A DNA stretch of 56,671 nucleotides, filler included, from Catajapyx aquilonaris (lineage: Eukaryota): the NCBI GenBank assembly GCA_000934665.2. It is 2 parts of 2 records of this genome, joined end to end, with 100 filler letters (N's around TTAATTAATTAA, not from the genome) between each part and the next. Parts side by side here need not be neighbours in the genome. Positions count along the whole stretch, not along the records: positions 28,369 to 56,671 come from JYFJ02004934.1; 1 more part is not named here. One strand, given 5' to 3'. Positions 53,934 through 56,671 of this stretch are shown here, piece after piece. The notes beneath the pieces are model-generated. The model searched no databases and was not told the DNA's origin. It saw only the letters and a program-made list of their open reading frames with translations. The position numbers and the translations under genes are program-made. The first letter of the stretch is position 1. Every line of letters begins with the position of its first letter.

Positions 53934-54738
53934 CTTGCCAGTCACCTTTCACAAGTGATCATACAGATTCACAAAAAGTTCCAACAAAACCATATTATAA
54001 CACCGCCTGGCATGCTGTCATGTACACAAGTGGCAATCTGTATGATATGTATGTGTGGAAATGGCTTGTGGGTAATTAGACGTTAATAAGTCCGCCGCAA
54101 CATTTTGTTGAAGCGTTGAGTGGAAATTCATTGAAAAATTAAGTGCTCTACTTACTTTTTCAGCAAGTACAGAAGAAATAAGAAAATCTATGTGTACCGG
54201 TACTGCAGGTACTCACCAGGCGGCAGCACTGTGGCGTAGGAGGTAGCTGCGAGGTGGTTTGCACAAATAGCCGTTAATCAGCATGTTTGCTGACACTGGG
54301 ACGGATTTCTCCAACATTTTAAATAATTCAAAGTTAAAGTCGCTTTGCTGTCTGTTCAATTGTAGTTTAGCAAACCAGGTACGAATTTGGCAATATCAGA
54401 AAGGGTTGCTAACTTGTTATCATCTTTGAGGCGCTGCTGTTTATAGCTGCTTTTGCAGTAGCGCTCAAGACAGCACCTTTGACTGCGAAAAGAGCCATCT
54501 GTTGCACGGGGATGGAAGTGCGGGAAGGTACAAAATTGTACAAAATGTTTAGTTTATTTTCAGTCTGATTCATTCGGCTGACTGAACATGTTTATCGCCG
54601 TGGACCTTGAGTCATCTTGCTCGGCATTGTGTGGAGGTATGTTCTGACCACGATTCTGACAAATGCGATGTGGCACGTTCATAGCGAAAGTGGCTGTATT
54701 TCACGGTAAAAGTGACACTCTTAGGTACATACTGTATA

Positions 54739-54741
<3 letters not shown>

Positions 54742-54825
<84 letters not shown>

Positions 54826-54834
54826 CACCACCAC
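54742..54834. repeat. Compound microsatellite (TAC)25(CAC)6
   Basis: Read directly from the sequence. Confidence 0.95.
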
Positions 54835-56160
54835 AACTTTTGTCATTTGGGGCAATGTGAAACCGGTTTGTCAAGTTTACACTTACTAGTAACAAGAGCT
54901 CTTGCTAGTTTAACTATGGTAACTAAATTTAGTCCCACCCTGGTCCCACACAGGTTTACAAAAATTACTATAAGGTCTTATAAGGTCTTATTGTTCACGC
55001 AGCCCCTATAACAACTCTGTTTTCCAATAAGCAAGCTTAACGCATTCACCTAATCTATTTTAAAAGTACGGTTGCAAAATATTTTTGGCTACCCGCATGT
55101 GGGTCAGTGTGTTTGCATGTACTGGACGTGTACACATAATTGGTACCGTATGGCATTGTTTACTTGGCCTCTCTCCACATGGCTGCGCGCCTCCGAGCAA
55201 ATTCTGTCCTTGAGATTTTGTGCAACTATCCTCTCACCCGGTTGCTCATGCCAGATAGACAGTGGTTGCTTCGGCTCTCCCCAACAAACGAAACCAAACG
55301 TAGGTATACACCATTTTTCTTTAAAAGAGGAGGGCATATGTGTGTGTTTGTTGCACATCAATTTTTATCATGAGCTTGGCCACACAGAATAATTGTTATT
55401 ATTAGTACAAAATGTGCTTTATTGTGTTATAATTATACTGTGTCATGTACTACACTACGAGCTTAATAATAGTTATTGCGCTCTTTGGTACTACGCGATA
55501 GTACTACAGAAAGCTTAAAGCCCTGTTCAAATGTACCGCCTTTGCAGCTGCTATTGGCTCCACTGGGACACGCGCTTATACCATTTCAAACGTAACATCC
55601 GATAATTTTTCAATTAGGGCCTTTTTATTCCATAACGCAACGTGCAAAAACAGACTCCCATTCAAGTACAGTTTCGGTATGTTCCATGCGTTCCATGCTC
55701 AAGGTCTGTTGGCACTTCCGCATCCAATATGGCGACTCTCTAGAGCAGCTCTAGAGGGCAAAGTGCGCAAATCTGTTCCGATAATATTCTGTTCTTTCGA
55801 TTGACGCGTAGAAACTGCAAAGTGGGTGACCTTCCCGGCTCCTGCGAGGCACCGCAAGGAAGCTGTCAACATATATTCAGATTATTGCAACCGCCTCCTG
55901 CAAGTGTTCATCGCAGGTCACTGAACGTTCTATTTTCTTTTTATATATATATGCAACGCACATGTTATTTCAGACGAGCTTCGTAACCTACTTTTGTGGC
56001 GACTGAAATAAAGGAGACATAGAAAAAAAAATATCGTTGTGACTTCAAGTGGGTGGACTCTGGTGCGTTGGACTGTTGGAATGAGAGGAGAGATGAAGAT
56101 GTTAGGACAATGGTGTGTGAGATGTGTGTTGTGTTGGGACCCCAGTGAGATGGACATAGA

Positions 56161-56671
56161 ATGAAGCAAACTATGAGCTCGTTTGGTGCAGAGGAGGAAG
56201 ATGATGTAAGTATGTCGTAGGCCATCTATTGCTGATGATGATGGTTAAAAGCTGTATTAAAAGTAATTCGAGTTGCATGCACATGTTGGTGACTTTTATG
56301 TGGTACTTGTCATGTGATAATATTTATATTTGACAAAAGGTGGATGTGGAACCGTTGGAAGCGAAGCATGTGTACCTTCTCATGAAAGATGAGTACCGTA
56401 TCTCCAGGAACATTCGTGCCAAGTGGTATTTTACACATCTCATGACACCAGTCCAAGTACCTCAGAAGCTGAGCCTGGTAAGAAATGTTCAGCATTCATC
56501 ATGGTTATAATGGAAGTGAATTAATATACTGTTGGCTTTCATTTCAGAGTGAATTCAAGGAAGAGCTTGAGATCATATCGGTCATTCCTTGTCAGCCTCC
56601 CAGTGAATGGGACTCAGACACTAGTCATTTGTACAAATACCTCATAACTCCAAACACTACTGTTACATTTT
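56161..56671 (+). CDS. SZT2: KICSTOR complex protein SZT2, N-terminal part; continues beyond the right edge
   Basis: Exons 56161-56205 (GTAAGT donor), 56340-56477, 56548-end give ...VDVEPLEAKHVYLLMKDEYRISRNIRAKWYFTHL...EELEIISVIP...YLITPNTTVTF, matching my recollection of human SZT2 [28 protein letters not shown]...ELEVLSVLP...PSTRVTF. Start Met (56161 or 56173) uncertain. Confidence 0.87.

Noticed and set aside
54663..55011. Poly-Leu / poly-Tyr / poly-Ser ORFs
   Set aside because: Translations of the (TAC)n(CAC)n microsatellite.

Overview
Eukaryotic (insect-like, spliceosomal introns) genomic DNA from a draft scaffold, split by an artificial 100-bp gap at 28269-28368. Left half is gene-poor: two minus-strand coding exons of a 5-HT2-type serotonin receptor running off the left edge, followed by about 24 kb of non-coding DNA with tRNA-derived SINEs, palindromic/MITE-like elements and isolated plus-strand splice signals. 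Right half is a compact cluster of eight housekeeping genes, built by hand from GT/GC-AG boundaries and reading frame: NDUFB11(+), a LAP2/thymopoietin-like LEM-like+LEM+TM gene(+), SUCLG2(-), PPIL1(-), PDCL/PhLP1(+), CARM1(+), MED8(-) and the 5' end of SZT2(+), which the ORF track misses. Most interesting: a ~300-470 nt rod-like hairpin in a SUCLG2 intron with an odd mismatch spectrum, the vertebrate-like head-to-head MED8-SZT2 pair, the LAP2beta-like architecture, and a repeated fixed-spacing CCAAT/E-box promoter module. Protein identities come from recalled family motifs, not database searches. No prokaryotic system, CRISPR array or rRNA is supported.
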